From Acutalibacteraceae bacterium (GTDB lineage: Bacteria > Bacillota > Clostridia > Oscillospirales > Acutalibacteraceae), in contig JAZRQA010000061.1 in NCBI GenBank assembly GCA_045649505.1, positions 7,235 through 71,234 on the forward strand: DNA of 64,000 nucleotides, written 5' to 3'. Below the pieces are notes generated by a model, which made no database searches, had not been told where the DNA came from, and saw nothing but the letters and a program-made list of their open reading frames with translations. Shown one piece after another: positions 37,379 through 46,684 of the stretch. Position 1 is the first letter of the stretch; each line of letters opens with the position of its first letter. The translations under genes were made by a program, and so were the position numbers.

Positions 37379-39646
37379 ATGTCAACAGTAGAAAATAAAA
37401 AATTATTAGAGGTGGCGGCGCGTATTCGCGAAATGCGCGAAATCTGCTCGCTTAGTACCGAAGAAATGGCCGAAAAGACCGAGGTCAGCGTAGCCGAATA
37501 CGAGGCTTATGAGGCAGGAAAACAGGATTTCCCCTTTACCTTTATTCATAAATGCGCCCTTGCCTTTAACCTTGGAATTTCCGACCTGCTTGAGGGCCAC
37601 AGCGCCAACCTTTCCTCTTATACCGTTACCCGCAAAGGGCAAGGACAGGAGACAGCCAAGGAGGAAGGAATAAGTATTCAGAACTTGGCTCCCCTTTTCA
37701 GAAAGAAAATTGCCGAGCCTTATTGGGTACGCTATGACTATGACGAAAGTCTTCAAAACAAGCCTATTCATCTGACCAAGCATTCAGGTCAGGAGTTTGA
37801 CTTTGTTATGAGCGGTCGACTTAAAATTCAAATCGGTGATAATATTGAATATTTAAGCGAGGGTGACAGCATTTATTATAACTCCTCCACCCCTCACGGT
37901 ATGATAGCCGTTGACGGCAAAGAGTGTCTTTTTGTTGCCGTTGTTCTTCCCGGTGAGGATGAAAGCGAGCCCGCCGCAAGAAATACCATTATGTCGATGC
38001 ACACCTCCACCAAAAGGCTTGTGAGCGATGAATTTATCACCACGGCGGAGAACGAAAAGGGTTATCTTGAAAAGATTGACTTTAAAAATGAAGACCGCTT
38101 TAACTTTGCCTTTGATGTGGTTGATGCCATTGCAAAGAAGGACCCCGAAAAGCTTGCTATGCTTCATCTTGATAAAAACAAGGTGGAACGCCGCTTTACC
38201 TTTAATGATATGAAGCGCGCCTCTAACCAGTGCGCCAACTACTTTAAATCCCTCGGTATCAAAAAGGGTGACAAGGTTATGCTTGTACTCAAGCGTCATT
38301 ATCAGTTCTGGTATGCAATTCTTGCTCTGCACAAGCTTGGCGCAATAGCTATTCCTGCAACAAATCAGCTTGTTGCTCACGATTTTGAGTACCGCTTTAA
38401 CAGCGCCGATGTTAGCGCCATTGTTTGTACTGCTGACGGCGATGTTGCAAATCAGGTAGATTTAGCCCAGAGCACAAGCGCGACCTTAAAGACCAAGATC
38501 CTTGTGGGTGGCGAAAAAGAGGGCTGGCATAATTTTGATGAGGAATATCCTCTGTATTCAGCCCACTACTATCGTGATGAAAATACCGCCTGTGGTGATG
38601 ACCTTATGCTGATGTTCTTTACATCAGGCACCACAGGCTATCCAAAAATTGCCGCGCACAGCTATAAATATGCTTTAGGGCATTACATAACTGCAAAATA
38701 CTGGCACGGCGTGAGTGAAGGCGGACTTCATTTTACAATCTCAGAAACAGGTTGGGGCAAAGCCCTTTGGGGCAAGCTTTACGGACAATGGCTGTGCGAG
38801 GGAGCGGTGTTTACCTATGACTTTGACCGCTTCGCCGCAAGTGATATTTTGCCTATGTTCGCAAAATATAATATAACCACATTCTGCGCGCCCCCAACAA
38901 TGCTTAGAATGATGATAAAAGAGGATATCTCAAGGTATGACCTTTCCTCCATAAAGCATATGACCACTGCAGGTGAGGCTTTAAACCCTGAGGTTTACCG
39001 TCAGTTCGAAAAGGCAACGGGGCTTCAGATAATGGAAGGCTTCGGTCAGACCGAGCTTACCCTTGTTATTGCAAACCTTATGGGCGGCTCTCACAAGCTT
39101 GGCTCAATGGGAAAACCTACTCCCCTTTATGATGTTGATATTCTTGATCCTGACGGTAATCCAGTTGAGGACGGTGAAACAGGCGAAATTGTTGTTAAGA
39201 CAAGTGATAAGGTGCCCTGTGGACTGTTCAGCGGATATTACAAAAATCAAGAAAAAACCGACGAGGTATGGCACGACGGCTATTACCACACAGGAGATAC
39301 CGCCTGGCGTGATGAGGACGGATTCATCTGGTATGTGGGCAGAGTTGATGATGTTATCAAATCTTCGGGTTACCGTATAGGACCCTTTGAGATTGAAAGC
39401 GTTATAATGGAATTGCCTTATGTCCTTGAATGCGGCGTTTGCGCGGCACCTGATGAGGTGCGTGGTCAGGTAGTTAAGGCAAGCATTGTTCTGGTTAAGG
39501 GCACGAAAGAGTCCGATGAACTTAAAAAAGAGATACAGGATTATGTTAAGAATCACACTGCGCCCTATAAGTATCCGCGTATTGTTGAGTTCAGGGAGTC
39601 TTTGCCTAAGACGATAAGCGGTAAAATTCAGCGAAACAAGCTTTAA
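37379..39646 (+). CDS. XRE-HTH + cupin + medium-chain (ACSM/MACS-like) AMP-forming acyl-CoA synthetase fusion
   Basis: HTH_3 at aa ~10-72. Cupin at aa ~80-190 (GQEFDFVMSG..GDSIYYNSSTPHGM). Ligase from nt ~38090 (FNFAFDVVD, FFTSGTTGYPK, YHTGD, GYRIGPFEIE, SGKIQRNKL). Confidence 0.85.
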   Translation: MSTVENKKLLEVAARIREMREICSLSTEEMAEKTEVSVAEYEAYEAGKQDFPFTFIHKCALAFNLGISDLLEGHSANLSSYTVTRKGQGQETAKEEGISIQNLAPLFRKKIAEPYWVRYDYDESLQNKPIHLTKHSGQEFDFVMSGRLKIQIGDNIEYLSEGDSIYYNSSTPHGMIAVDGKECLFVAVVLPGEDESEPAARNTIMSMHTSTKRLVSDEFITTAENEKGYLEKIDFKNEDRFNFAFDVVDAIAKKDPEKLAMLHLDKNKVERRFTFNDMKRASNQCANYFKSLGIKKGDKVMLVLKRHYQFWYAILALHKLGAIAIPATNQLVAHDFEYRFNSADVSAIVCTADGDVANQVDLAQSTSATLKTKILVGGEKEGWHNFDEEYPLYSAHYYRDENTACGDDLMLMFFTSGTTGYPKIAAHSYKYALGHYITAKYWHGVSEGGLHFTISETGWGKALWGKLYGQWLCEGAVFTYDFDRFAASDILPMFAKYNITTFCAPPTMLRMMIKEDISRYDLSSIKHMTTAGEALNPEVYRQFEKATGLQIMEGFGQTELTLVIANLMGGSHKLGSMGKPTPLYDVDILDPDGNPVEDGETGEIVVKTSDKVPCGLFSGYYKNQEKTDEVWHDGYYHTGDTAWRDEDGFIWYVGRVDDVIKSSGYRIGPFEIESVIMELPYVLECGVCAAPDEVRGQVVKASIVLVKGTKESDELKKEIQDYVKNHTAPYKYPRIVEFRESLPKTISGKIQRNKL

Positions 39647-39662
39647 TTTTAATAAAAAAGTA

Positions 39663-39692
39663 TTGACACAAAGCCCACACTTATGATAAAAT
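39663..39692 (+). promoter_or_regulatory. Sigma-A type promoter of T-box leader 2
   Basis: TTGACA, 18-nt spacer, TG-n-TAAAAT. Confidence 0.55.
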
Positions 39693-39698
39693 ACTATA

Positions 39699-39996
39699 AA
39701 AATTGATAAAGGCTTTGACGAAGAGGGCATAATTTACCCCCTTGCCTTACAGAGAGATGGCGTTTGGTGCAAGCCATTGGCAAGAAATTATGTTTGTAGC
39801 TTCCGAGTCGGGAGAAAGAAAGGGGCGGCTTGCTCTGAGTAGAATCTTCCCGTGATTGCTGCGTAAAGGCATAGGAATTGTCAGATTCCGAGAGGGGCAG
39901 TTTTAAACTGCAATTTGAGTGGTACCGCGGGTCAACTGAAACTTTTCAGCGCTCGTCTCAAAGTCATAACTTTGGGACGGGTGTTTTTTTCGTCCC
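39699..39996 (+). promoter_or_regulatory. T-box riboswitch leader 2 (specifier read as GUA, Val)
   Basis: Same architecture as leader 1. Has AGAGAG, GGTGCAA, core AATTTGAGTGGTACCGCGG (39912-39930) and a terminator at 39952-39990. GTA at 39796-39798 is followed by G and then the CTTC lower helix. Confidence 0.9.
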
Positions 39997-40014
39997 GGGA
40001 AATGGAGAAAATGT

Positions 40015-42306
40015 ATGGAACAAATTACAGGGCTTGATTTTAAAATCAAGGAAATGGCGTCCCGTATCAGGGAGCTTCGAGAGCTTGAGGGCTTAACCAC
40101 CGCCCAGATGGCTTTGAAAACCGATATTAGCGAAGGTGAATATATAGAGTGTGAGTCGGGCAAAAAGGATTTGAACTTTGCCTTTATTTATCGTTGTGCA
40201 ATGGCGTTGAGCGTTAATGTTACCGATATTATCGAAGGTCACTCTCCTACACTTAAATCCTATACCGTTACCCGCTTCGGCGCAGGTCAGAAGGTTTCAC
40301 AGGCTCACGGTATGACCTATTATAACCTTGCTTATGCTTTCCGCGACAGAATAGCCGAGCCTCTTTATGTTCGCAGTGTTTACGACGAGAATGCCGAAAA
40401 CACAAAGGATATTGAGCTTACCACCCACGCAGGTCAGGAGTGCGACCTGATTATCGAGGGTAATCTTATGGTTCAGATTGGTGAGCACAGGGAGATTTTG
40501 GGCCCAGGTGACAGCATCTATTTTGATTCTGACACACCTCACGGTATGATAGCCGTTGGCGGTAAAGACTGTATTTTTTATGCCATTGTTCTTAATCCCA
40601 CAGGTGAGCCTATACCCGAGCTTACCACAAGGCAGGCGGTGAGAGAAAATCACAACGCCAAAAGAGATACCAAGAACCGTATATATAAAAAGTATATTGA
40701 TGTAGTTGAGAATGAAAACGGAACGCCTACCTCTATCACCTTTAAGAATACCGAGAAGTTCAACTTTGCTTTTGACCTTGTTGATGCTTTAAGCGAGCGC
40801 GAGCCTGAAAAAATGGCAATGTTGCACATTTCCCGAGATGGTGATGAGCGCCGTTTTACCTTTAAGGATATGAAAAAAGCAAGTGCCCAATGCGCTAACT
40901 ACTTTAAATCCCTCGGCATTAAAAAGGGCGACAGAGTTATGCTTATTTTAAAGCGTCACTATCAATTTTGGTTTGCAATGCTGGGTCTTAATAAGCTTGG
41001 CGCAATAGCTATTCCCGCACCTAATCAGCTTTTGGACCATGACCTTGAATACCGATTTAATGCGGCAGGGATTGACACAGTTATCTGCACCGCTGACGGT
41101 GATGTTGCAAGACAGGTAGATATTGCCGCCGCTAAATGCGATACAATACGTAATAAACTTATTGTAAACGGAAGCAGAGAGGGCTGGCGCAGTTTTGACG
41201 ATGAGTACACCCTTTTCAGTTCCCATTTTGAGCGTAATGAGGACTCACCCTGCGGTGATGACCCGATGCTTATGTTCTTTACCTCGGGTACTACGGGATA
41301 TCCCAAGATTGCAACCCATAACCACAAATATCCGCTGGGACACTTCCACACCGCCAAATACTGGCACGACGTTGACCCTGACGGACTGCACTTTACCATC
41401 TCGGATACGGGCTGGGCTAAGGCAATGTGGGGCAAGCTTTACGGACAGTGGCTGTGCGAGGCGGCAACCTTTGTTTATGACTTTGACCGCTTTGATGCGG
41501 CAGAAATTCTGCCCATGTTTGCAAAGCATAAGATAACCACCTTCTGCGCGCCGCCCACAATGCTTCGTATGATGATAAAGCAGGATATTTCAAAATATGA
41601 TTTCTCCTCTGTTAAGCATATGACCACTGCAGGTGAGGCTTTAAATCCTGAGGTATACCGTCAGTTTGAAAAGGCAACGGGACTGCAGATTATTGAAGGC
41701 TTCGGTCAGACCGAAAGCACTATGATTATAGGTAATATGGTTGGTGCTTCCCATAAAATCGGTTCAATGGGCAAACCTGCCCCTATTTATAATGTTAAGA
41801 TTGTTGACCCCGAAGGTAATGAGGTTGCCGTAGGCGAAACTGGTGAAATTGTTGTTGATATTTCAAACGGCGCGCCCTGTGGACTCTTTACAGGCTACTA
41901 CCGTGACGAGGCCAAAACAAAAGAGGTTTGGCATGACGGCTTCTATCATACGGGAGATACCGCCTGGAAGGATGAGGACGGCTTCTTCTGGTATGTTGGC
42001 CGTGTAGATGACGTTATCAAGTCCTCAGGCTACCGCATTGGTCCCTTTGAAATTGAAAGCGTTATTATGGAATTACCTTATGTTCTTGAATGCGGCGTTT
42101 GCGCCGCACCCGATGAAGTGCGCGGTCAGGTAGTTAAGGCAAGCATTGTTCTTGTTGATGGCACCGAGGGTACTGATGAACTTAAAAAAGAGATACAAGA
42201 GTATGTTAAAAAGCATACTGCGCCCTACAAATATCCGCGAATCGTTGTATTTAAGGATTCTCTGCCCAAGACGGTAAGCGGAAAGATACAAAGGAACAAG
42301 CTTTAA
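40015..42306 (+). CDS. XRE-HTH + cupin + medium-chain AMP-forming acyl-CoA synthetase fusion (paralogue of 37379..39646)
   Basis: Same three-part architecture. HTH-cupin module spans nt 40015-40596 and the ligase starts at ~40753. The C-terminal ~90 aa are nearly identical to the upstream paralogue. Confidence 0.85.
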   Translation: MEQITGLDFKIKEMASRIRELRELEGLTTAQMALKTDISEGEYIECESGKKDLNFAFIYRCAMALSVNVTDIIEGHSPTLKSYTVTRFGAGQKVSQAHGMTYYNLAYAFRDRIAEPLYVRSVYDENAENTKDIELTTHAGQECDLIIEGNLMVQIGEHREILGPGDSIYFDSDTPHGMIAVGGKDCIFYAIVLNPTGEPIPELTTRQAVRENHNAKRDTKNRIYKKYIDVVENENGTPTSITFKNTEKFNFAFDLVDALSEREPEKMAMLHISRDGDERRFTFKDMKKASAQCANYFKSLGIKKGDRVMLILKRHYQFWFAMLGLNKLGAIAIPAPNQLLDHDLEYRFNAAGIDTVICTADGDVARQVDIAAAKCDTIRNKLIVNGSREGWRSFDDEYTLFSSHFERNEDSPCGDDPMLMFFTSGTTGYPKIATHNHKYPLGHFHTAKYWHDVDPDGLHFTISDTGWAKAMWGKLYGQWLCEAATFVYDFDRFDAAEILPMFAKHKITTFCAPPTMLRMMIKQDISKYDFSSVKHMTTAGEALNPEVYRQFEKATGLQIIEGFGQTESTMIIGNMVGASHKIGSMGKPAPIYNVKIVDPEGNEVAVGETGEIVVDISNGAPCGLFTGYYRDEAKTKEVWHDGFYHTGDTAWKDEDGFFWYVGRVDDVIKSSGYRIGPFEIESVIMELPYVLECGVCAAPDEVRGQVVKASIVLVDGTEGTDELKKEIQEYVKKHTAPYKYPRIVVFKDSLPKTVSGKIQRNKL

Positions 42307-42971
42307 TGAAGGAATTTAAACGTTTAACTTTACTTTGCGGGCATTACGGCAGCGGCAAAACAAATGTTGCGGTTAATGTTGCATTTGAGCTTAAAAAAGT
42401 GTATAATAATGTAGCCGTTGCGGATTTGGATATAGTTAACCCCTATTTTCGCGCAAAGGATTCCCGTAAGGATTTTGAGCACAAGGGCATTCGCCTTATC
42501 TGCTCGGAATATGCCAACACAAATGTTGACATTCCTGCCTTACCCGCGGATATCTACACCATTACGGTAGACAAAAGCATGTACACCGTACTTGATATCG
42601 GCGGCGATGACCGCGGCGCCTACGCCCTTGGAAGAATTGCTGATGATATTAAGGCGGAAGACAACTACGAGATGCTTATGGTAATAAACCGCTACCGTCC
42701 GCTTACCCCCGACGCGCAAAGCACTCTCGAGGTTATGCGGGAAATTGAGGCGGCGTGCAAAATCCCCTTTACGGGACTTGTTAATAATTCAAACCTCGGT
42801 GAGCTTACCGCGGCAAGCGATGTGCTTGAAAGCATACTCTATGCAAATGAGGTGTCAAGGCTTTCGGGGCTACCCGTGGTTATGACAACGGTAAATGAAA
42901 AACTGTATTGTGAGCTTGAGGACAGGGTGGAGAATTTATTTCCCCTTACTCTGCAATCCAAGTTGATATAA
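42306..42971 (+). CDS. P-loop NTPase of unknown function (SIMIBI/MinD-CooC-like)
   Basis: 221 aa. N-terminal GHYGSGKTN Walker A, hydrophobic strand plus DIGGDD as a Walker-B-like element. TAATG overlap with the ligase stop. Confidence 0.5.
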   Translation: MKEFKRLTLLCGHYGSGKTNVAVNVAFELKKVYNNVAVADLDIVNPYFRAKDSRKDFEHKGIRLICSEYANTNVDIPALPADIYTITVDKSMYTVLDIGGDDRGAYALGRIADDIKAEDNYEMLMVINRYRPLTPDAQSTLEVMREIEAACKIPFTGLVNNSNLGELTAASDVLESILYANEVSRLSGLPVVMTTVNEKLYCELEDRVENLFPLTLQSKLI

Positions 42972-42988
42972 TTTAAGGAGCGATGAAT

Positions 42989-43195
42989 ATGGCAAAGCTT
43001 ACATTTAAAACAGACCTTTGTAAGGGCTGCGGGCTGTGTGTTGATGCCTGCCCGAAAAATCTGCTGTGTCTGGCACCCGATAAGATAAATAAAAAGGGTC
43101 ACCACCCAGTGGAAATAACCGATCAGAATGCCTGTATTGGCTGCGCTTTTTGCGCTACTATGTGCCCTGATTGCATTATTAAGGTAGAAAGGTAG
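42989..43195 (+). CDS. 2x[4Fe-4S] ferredoxin (delta subunit of 2-oxoacid:ferredoxin oxidoreductase)
   Basis: CKGCGLCVDACP and CIGCAFCATMCP motifs. GGAG lies 9 nt upstream of ATG 42989. Confidence 0.85.
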   Translation: MAKLTFKTDLCKGCGLCVDACPKNLLCLAPDKINKKGHHPVEITDQNACIGCAFCATMCPDCIIKVER

Positions 43196-43206
43196 GGAAA
43201 AAGGAT

Positions 43207-44274
43207 ATGTCTGATAAGGTACTTATGAAGGGCAATGAAGCCATTGCGGAAGCCGCTATTATTGCAGGCTGCCGACACTATTTCGGCTATCCCATTACTC
43301 CCCAAACCGAAATCGCCGCATATATGGCAAAAAAAATGCCTAAAATAGGCGGAACATTTTTACAGGCAGAAAGTGAAATTGCCGCAATAAATATGGTCTA
43401 CGGCGTTTCCTCTACGGGTAAACGCGTTATGACATCATCCTCAAGTCCGGGTATTGCGCTTAAGAGCGAGGGACTTTCCTATCTCGCAGGCGCAGACCTT
43501 CCCGCACTTGTTGTAAATGTTCAGCGCGGCGGCCCCGGTCTTGGCGGTATTCAGCCCAGTCAGTCTGATTATTTTCAGGCTACCCGTGCAGGCGGTCACG
43601 GTGATTTCCGTATGATTGTTCTTGCCCCCGCATCCGTTCAGGAGATGGCAGAGCTTACCGTTAAGGGCTTTGAGCTTGCGGATACATACAGAATGACTTC
43701 TATGATACTTGCTGACGGTACAATGGGTCAGATGATGGAGCCCGTTTCCCTTGACCTTGAGGTTGCTCCCGCTCCCGAAAAGCCTTGGGCTACTACAGGC
43801 ACCAAGGGGATACGCCCCCACAATATTGTAAATTCACTTTTCCTTGCTCCCGAAGAGCTTGAGAAGTTTAATTTTGACCGTTTTGAGCGTTATAAATACA
43901 TTGAAGAAAACGAAGCAATGTATGAGGAATATATGATGGAGGATGCCGAAATTTGCATAGCTGCCTTCGGTATTGCCGCCCGTGTTTCTAAAAACGCTAT
44001 AAACGAGGCAAGAAAGCAGGGTATTAAGGTTGGTATGATTAGACCTATTACCCTTTGGCCCTTCCCTAACGCCCCATTTGAAAAAGCTGCAGATAAGGTA
44101 AATTCGATTATATGCGTTGAGCTTTCAATGGGTCAGATGATCGAGGATGTACGCCTTGCCACACACTGCAAGGTTGACGTAACCCTTTGCAACCGTGTAG
44201 GCGGTATGATACCCTCTCCCGAACAGGTGCTTGAGGCTATAAAAGTGGCGGCTAAAAACGGAGGTGCAAAATAA
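43207..44274 (+). CDS. 2-oxoacid:ferredoxin oxidoreductase alpha subunit (VOR/KOR type)
   Basis: 355 aa. Motifs MKGNEAIAEAAI.AGCR.YFGYPITPQ and QAESEIAAINM are typical of the four-subunit OFOR alpha subunit. Confidence 0.85.
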   Translation: MSDKVLMKGNEAIAEAAIIAGCRHYFGYPITPQTEIAAYMAKKMPKIGGTFLQAESEIAAINMVYGVSSTGKRVMTSSSSPGIALKSEGLSYLAGADLPALVVNVQRGGPGLGGIQPSQSDYFQATRAGGHGDFRMIVLAPASVQEMAELTVKGFELADTYRMTSMILADGTMGQMMEPVSLDLEVAPAPEKPWATTGTKGIRPHNIVNSLFLAPEELEKFNFDRFERYKYIEENEAMYEEYMMEDAEICIAAFGIAARVSKNAINEARKQGIKVGMIRPITLWPFPNAPFEKAADKVNSIICVELSMGQMIEDVRLATHCKVDVTLCNRVGGMIPSPEQVLEAIKVAAKNGGAK

Positions 44275-45029
44275 TGGTAGTTTTTGATAAACCTAAGGCT
44301 TTAACAGATGTGCCTATGCACTACTGCCCCGGTTGCACACACGGTATTGTTCACCGCCTTGTTGCCGAGGTTATTGATGAGCTCCAAATTGAGGGCAAGA
44401 CCATTGGTATTGCGCCTGTTGGTTGCTCTGTTATGGCTTATAACTATTTTAACTGTGATATGATTGAAGCAGCTCACGGACGCGCTCCTGCAGTTGCTAC
44501 GGGCGTTAAGCGTTCCGACCCTGACAACCACATCGTGTTTACATATCAGGGTGACGGTGACCTTGCTTCAATCGGTATGGCTGAAACCGTGCATAGCGCG
44601 GCAAGAAACGAGAACATCACCGTTATATTCATTAACAACGCAATTTACGGTATGACAGGCGGTCAGATGGCACCTACCTCTCTGCCCGGTCAGGTTACTC
44701 AAACCTCACCCTATGGCCGTGATGTAAAGCAATGCGGTTACCCCGTTAAGGTTTGCGAAATGCTTAGCGAGCTTGAGGGTCCCGAATATCTTGAGCGCGT
44801 TACCGTAAACAATGTTAAGAATATTAAAAACGCCAAGAAGGCTATAAAGAAGGCCTTCCAGAATCAGATAGACGGCAAGGGCTTCTCCCTTGTAGAGGTA
44901 GTTTCGACCTGTCCCACCAACTGGGGTATGACTCCGCAGAAGGCACTCAAATGGATAGATGACAATATGCTGCCCTACTATCCTTTGGGCGTTTATAAAG
45001 ACCGTTCTGCCCAAAAGGAGGAGAAATAA
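44274..45029 (+). CDS. 2-oxoacid:ferredoxin oxidoreductase beta subunit (TPP-binding)
   Basis: YCPGCTHG cluster/TPP region and GDGD..NNAIYGMTGGQ motif. ATG overlaps the alpha stop. Confidence 0.85.
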   Translation: MVVFDKPKALTDVPMHYCPGCTHGIVHRLVAEVIDELQIEGKTIGIAPVGCSVMAYNYFNCDMIEAAHGRAPAVATGVKRSDPDNHIVFTYQGDGDLASIGMAETVHSAARNENITVIFINNAIYGMTGGQMAPTSLPGQVTQTSPYGRDVKQCGYPVKVCEMLSELEGPEYLERVTVNNVKNIKNAKKAIKKAFQNQIDGKGFSLVEVVSTCPTNWGMTPQKALKWIDDNMLPYYPLGVYKDRSAQKEEK

Positions 45030-45568
45030 TGAGTACCAAAAATTTTCTGTTTTCCGGTTTCGGTGGTCAGGGTATTCTCTTTGCAGGTAAGTTCCTTGCC
45101 TACAAGGGTCTGTATGAAGGTAAAAATGTAAGCTGGCTGCCCTCCTACGGCCCCGAAATGCGCGGCGGTACCGCAAGCTGCTCGGTTATTGTAAGCGAAG
45201 AAGCAGTTGGCTCGCCGATAGTATCAAACCCCGATATTCTGGTTGCAATGAATCTGCCCAGCCTTGATAAATTTGAAAATGATATTGTATCAGGCGGTCT
45301 TGTGTTTGCCGATTCCGCTCTTATTGAGCGCAAGGTAAACCGTGACGATATTACCGCTTATTACATTCCTGCAACCCGTCTTGCAGGTGAAAACGGTATG
45401 CCCACGCTTGCTAATATGATTATTATGGGCAAGATTTTAAAGGTGCTCGGCGAGTATGATGAGGAAAGCCTTAAAGCTACAATGGCAAAGGTTATCCCCC
45501 CGAAGCACGCAGATATGCTTGAAGTAAACCTTAAGGCACTTAAAATCGGTGCCAATTATGAGGAGTAA
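45029..45568 (+). CDS. 2-oxoacid:ferredoxin oxidoreductase gamma subunit
   Basis: 179 aa. GFGGQGILFAGK motif. ATG overlaps the beta stop. Confidence 0.85.
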   Translation: MSTKNFLFSGFGGQGILFAGKFLAYKGLYEGKNVSWLPSYGPEMRGGTASCSVIVSEEAVGSPIVSNPDILVAMNLPSLDKFENDIVSGGLVFADSALIERKVNRDDITAYYIPATRLAGENGMPTLANMIIMGKILKVLGEYDEESLKATMAKVIPPKHADMLEVNLKALKIGANYEE

Positions 45569-45573
45569 TTAAA

Positions 45574-46635
45574 ATGGAAATTTCTATTACAAAAACAACT
45601 GCGCCCAAGGTTAAGCCCGAGGCTTCAACCCTTGGTTTTGGTAAATTCTTTACCGACCATATGTTTATGATGGACTTCTCCCGCGAGGAAGGTTGGCACG
45701 ATGCAAGAATTATCCCCTTTGCCAACATCTCTTTGCACCCTGCCTCCACCGTACTACACTACGGCTCCGAAATATTTGAGGGCTTAAAAGCCTACCGTCG
45801 CGCAGACGGCAAGGTTCAATTGTTCAGACCTATGGAAAACATCCGCAGAATGAACAACTCTGCTGACAGACTTTGTCTGCCTCAGATTCCTGAGGATATG
45901 GCCCTTGAGGTATTAACTAAATTTGTAGAGCTTGAGCAGGATTGGACGCCCAGCGCAGAGGGTACCTCCCTCTATCTTCGTCCCTTTATGTTCGGCAATG
46001 ACGAATCCCTCGGTGTTCACGCCGTTCATAACGCAACCTTTGTTATAATAGCTTCCCCTGTTGGCAGCTATTATAAAGAGGGTATAAACCCTGTCAAGAT
46101 TATGATTGAGGATGAGGATGTCCGTGCGGTACGCGGCGGTACAGGTTATGCCAAATGCGGCGGTAACTATGCCGCATCCAACCGTGCAGGTGAGCGTGCC
46201 GAGCAAAAGGGTTATTCTCAGGTGCTCTGGCTTGACGGTGTTGAGCGTAAATATATTGAGGAGGTTGGCGCCATGAACGTTATGTTCAAAATCGGCGGCG
46301 AGGTTATCACTCCTATGCTTTCAGGCTCCATTCTCCCCGGTATTACAAGAAAGTCCTGTATTGAGGTTCTTAAAAAGGCGGGCTACACCGTAAGCGAGCG
46401 ACTGCTCAGCATTGATGAGCTTGCCGCCGCTATGGAAAACGGTACCCTTGAGGAGGCATGGGGTTGCGGTACTGCCGCAGTTGTTTCCCCCATTGGCGAG
46501 CTTTGCTACAAGGATAAGAAATACACCGTTAATAACGGTGAGATAGGCAAGGTTACCCAGATGCTTTACGATACCTTGACAGGTATTCAGTGGGGTAAAA
46601 TTGAGGACACATTTAATTGGACCTACGAGATATAA
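45574..46635 (+). CDS. ilvE: Branched-chain amino acid aminotransferase (class IV PLP, long form)
   Basis: 353 aa. Motifs include FTDHMF, HYGSEIFEGLKAY, KCGGNYAAS and ILPGITR. Confidence 0.9.
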   Translation: MEISITKTTAPKVKPEASTLGFGKFFTDHMFMMDFSREEGWHDARIIPFANISLHPASTVLHYGSEIFEGLKAYRRADGKVQLFRPMENIRRMNNSADRLCLPQIPEDMALEVLTKFVELEQDWTPSAEGTSLYLRPFMFGNDESLGVHAVHNATFVIIASPVGSYYKEGINPVKIMIEDEDVRAVRGGTGYAKCGGNYAASNRAGERAEQKGYSQVLWLDGVERKYIEEVGAMNVMFKIGGEVITPMLSGSILPGITRKSCIEVLKKAGYTVSERLLSIDELAAAMENGTLEEAWGCGTAAVVSPIGELCYKDKKYTVNNGEIGKVTQMLYDTLTGIQWGKIEDTFNWTYEI

Positions 46636-46639
46636 TCTT

Positions 46640-46675
46640 AAAACCCTTTTGTTTGCGCAAAAGGGTTTTTCTTTT
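46640..46675 (+). terminator. Intrinsic terminator ending the ligase-VOR-ilvE operon
   Basis: AAAACCCTTTT-N8-AAAAGGGTTTT followed by a T-rich run. Confidence 0.8.
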
Positions 46676-46684
46676 AAAAAGATG

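Noticed and set aside
42989-46635. Catabolic reading of the OFOR + ilvE genes (BCAA fermentation to branched-chain acids)
   Set aside because: This reading is disfavoured for three reasons. The operon is gated by T-boxes, which induce on amino-acid starvation. The partner enzymes are AMP-forming ligases. No phosphotransacylase/kinase or ADP-forming synthetase is present. It is not strictly excluded without experiments.
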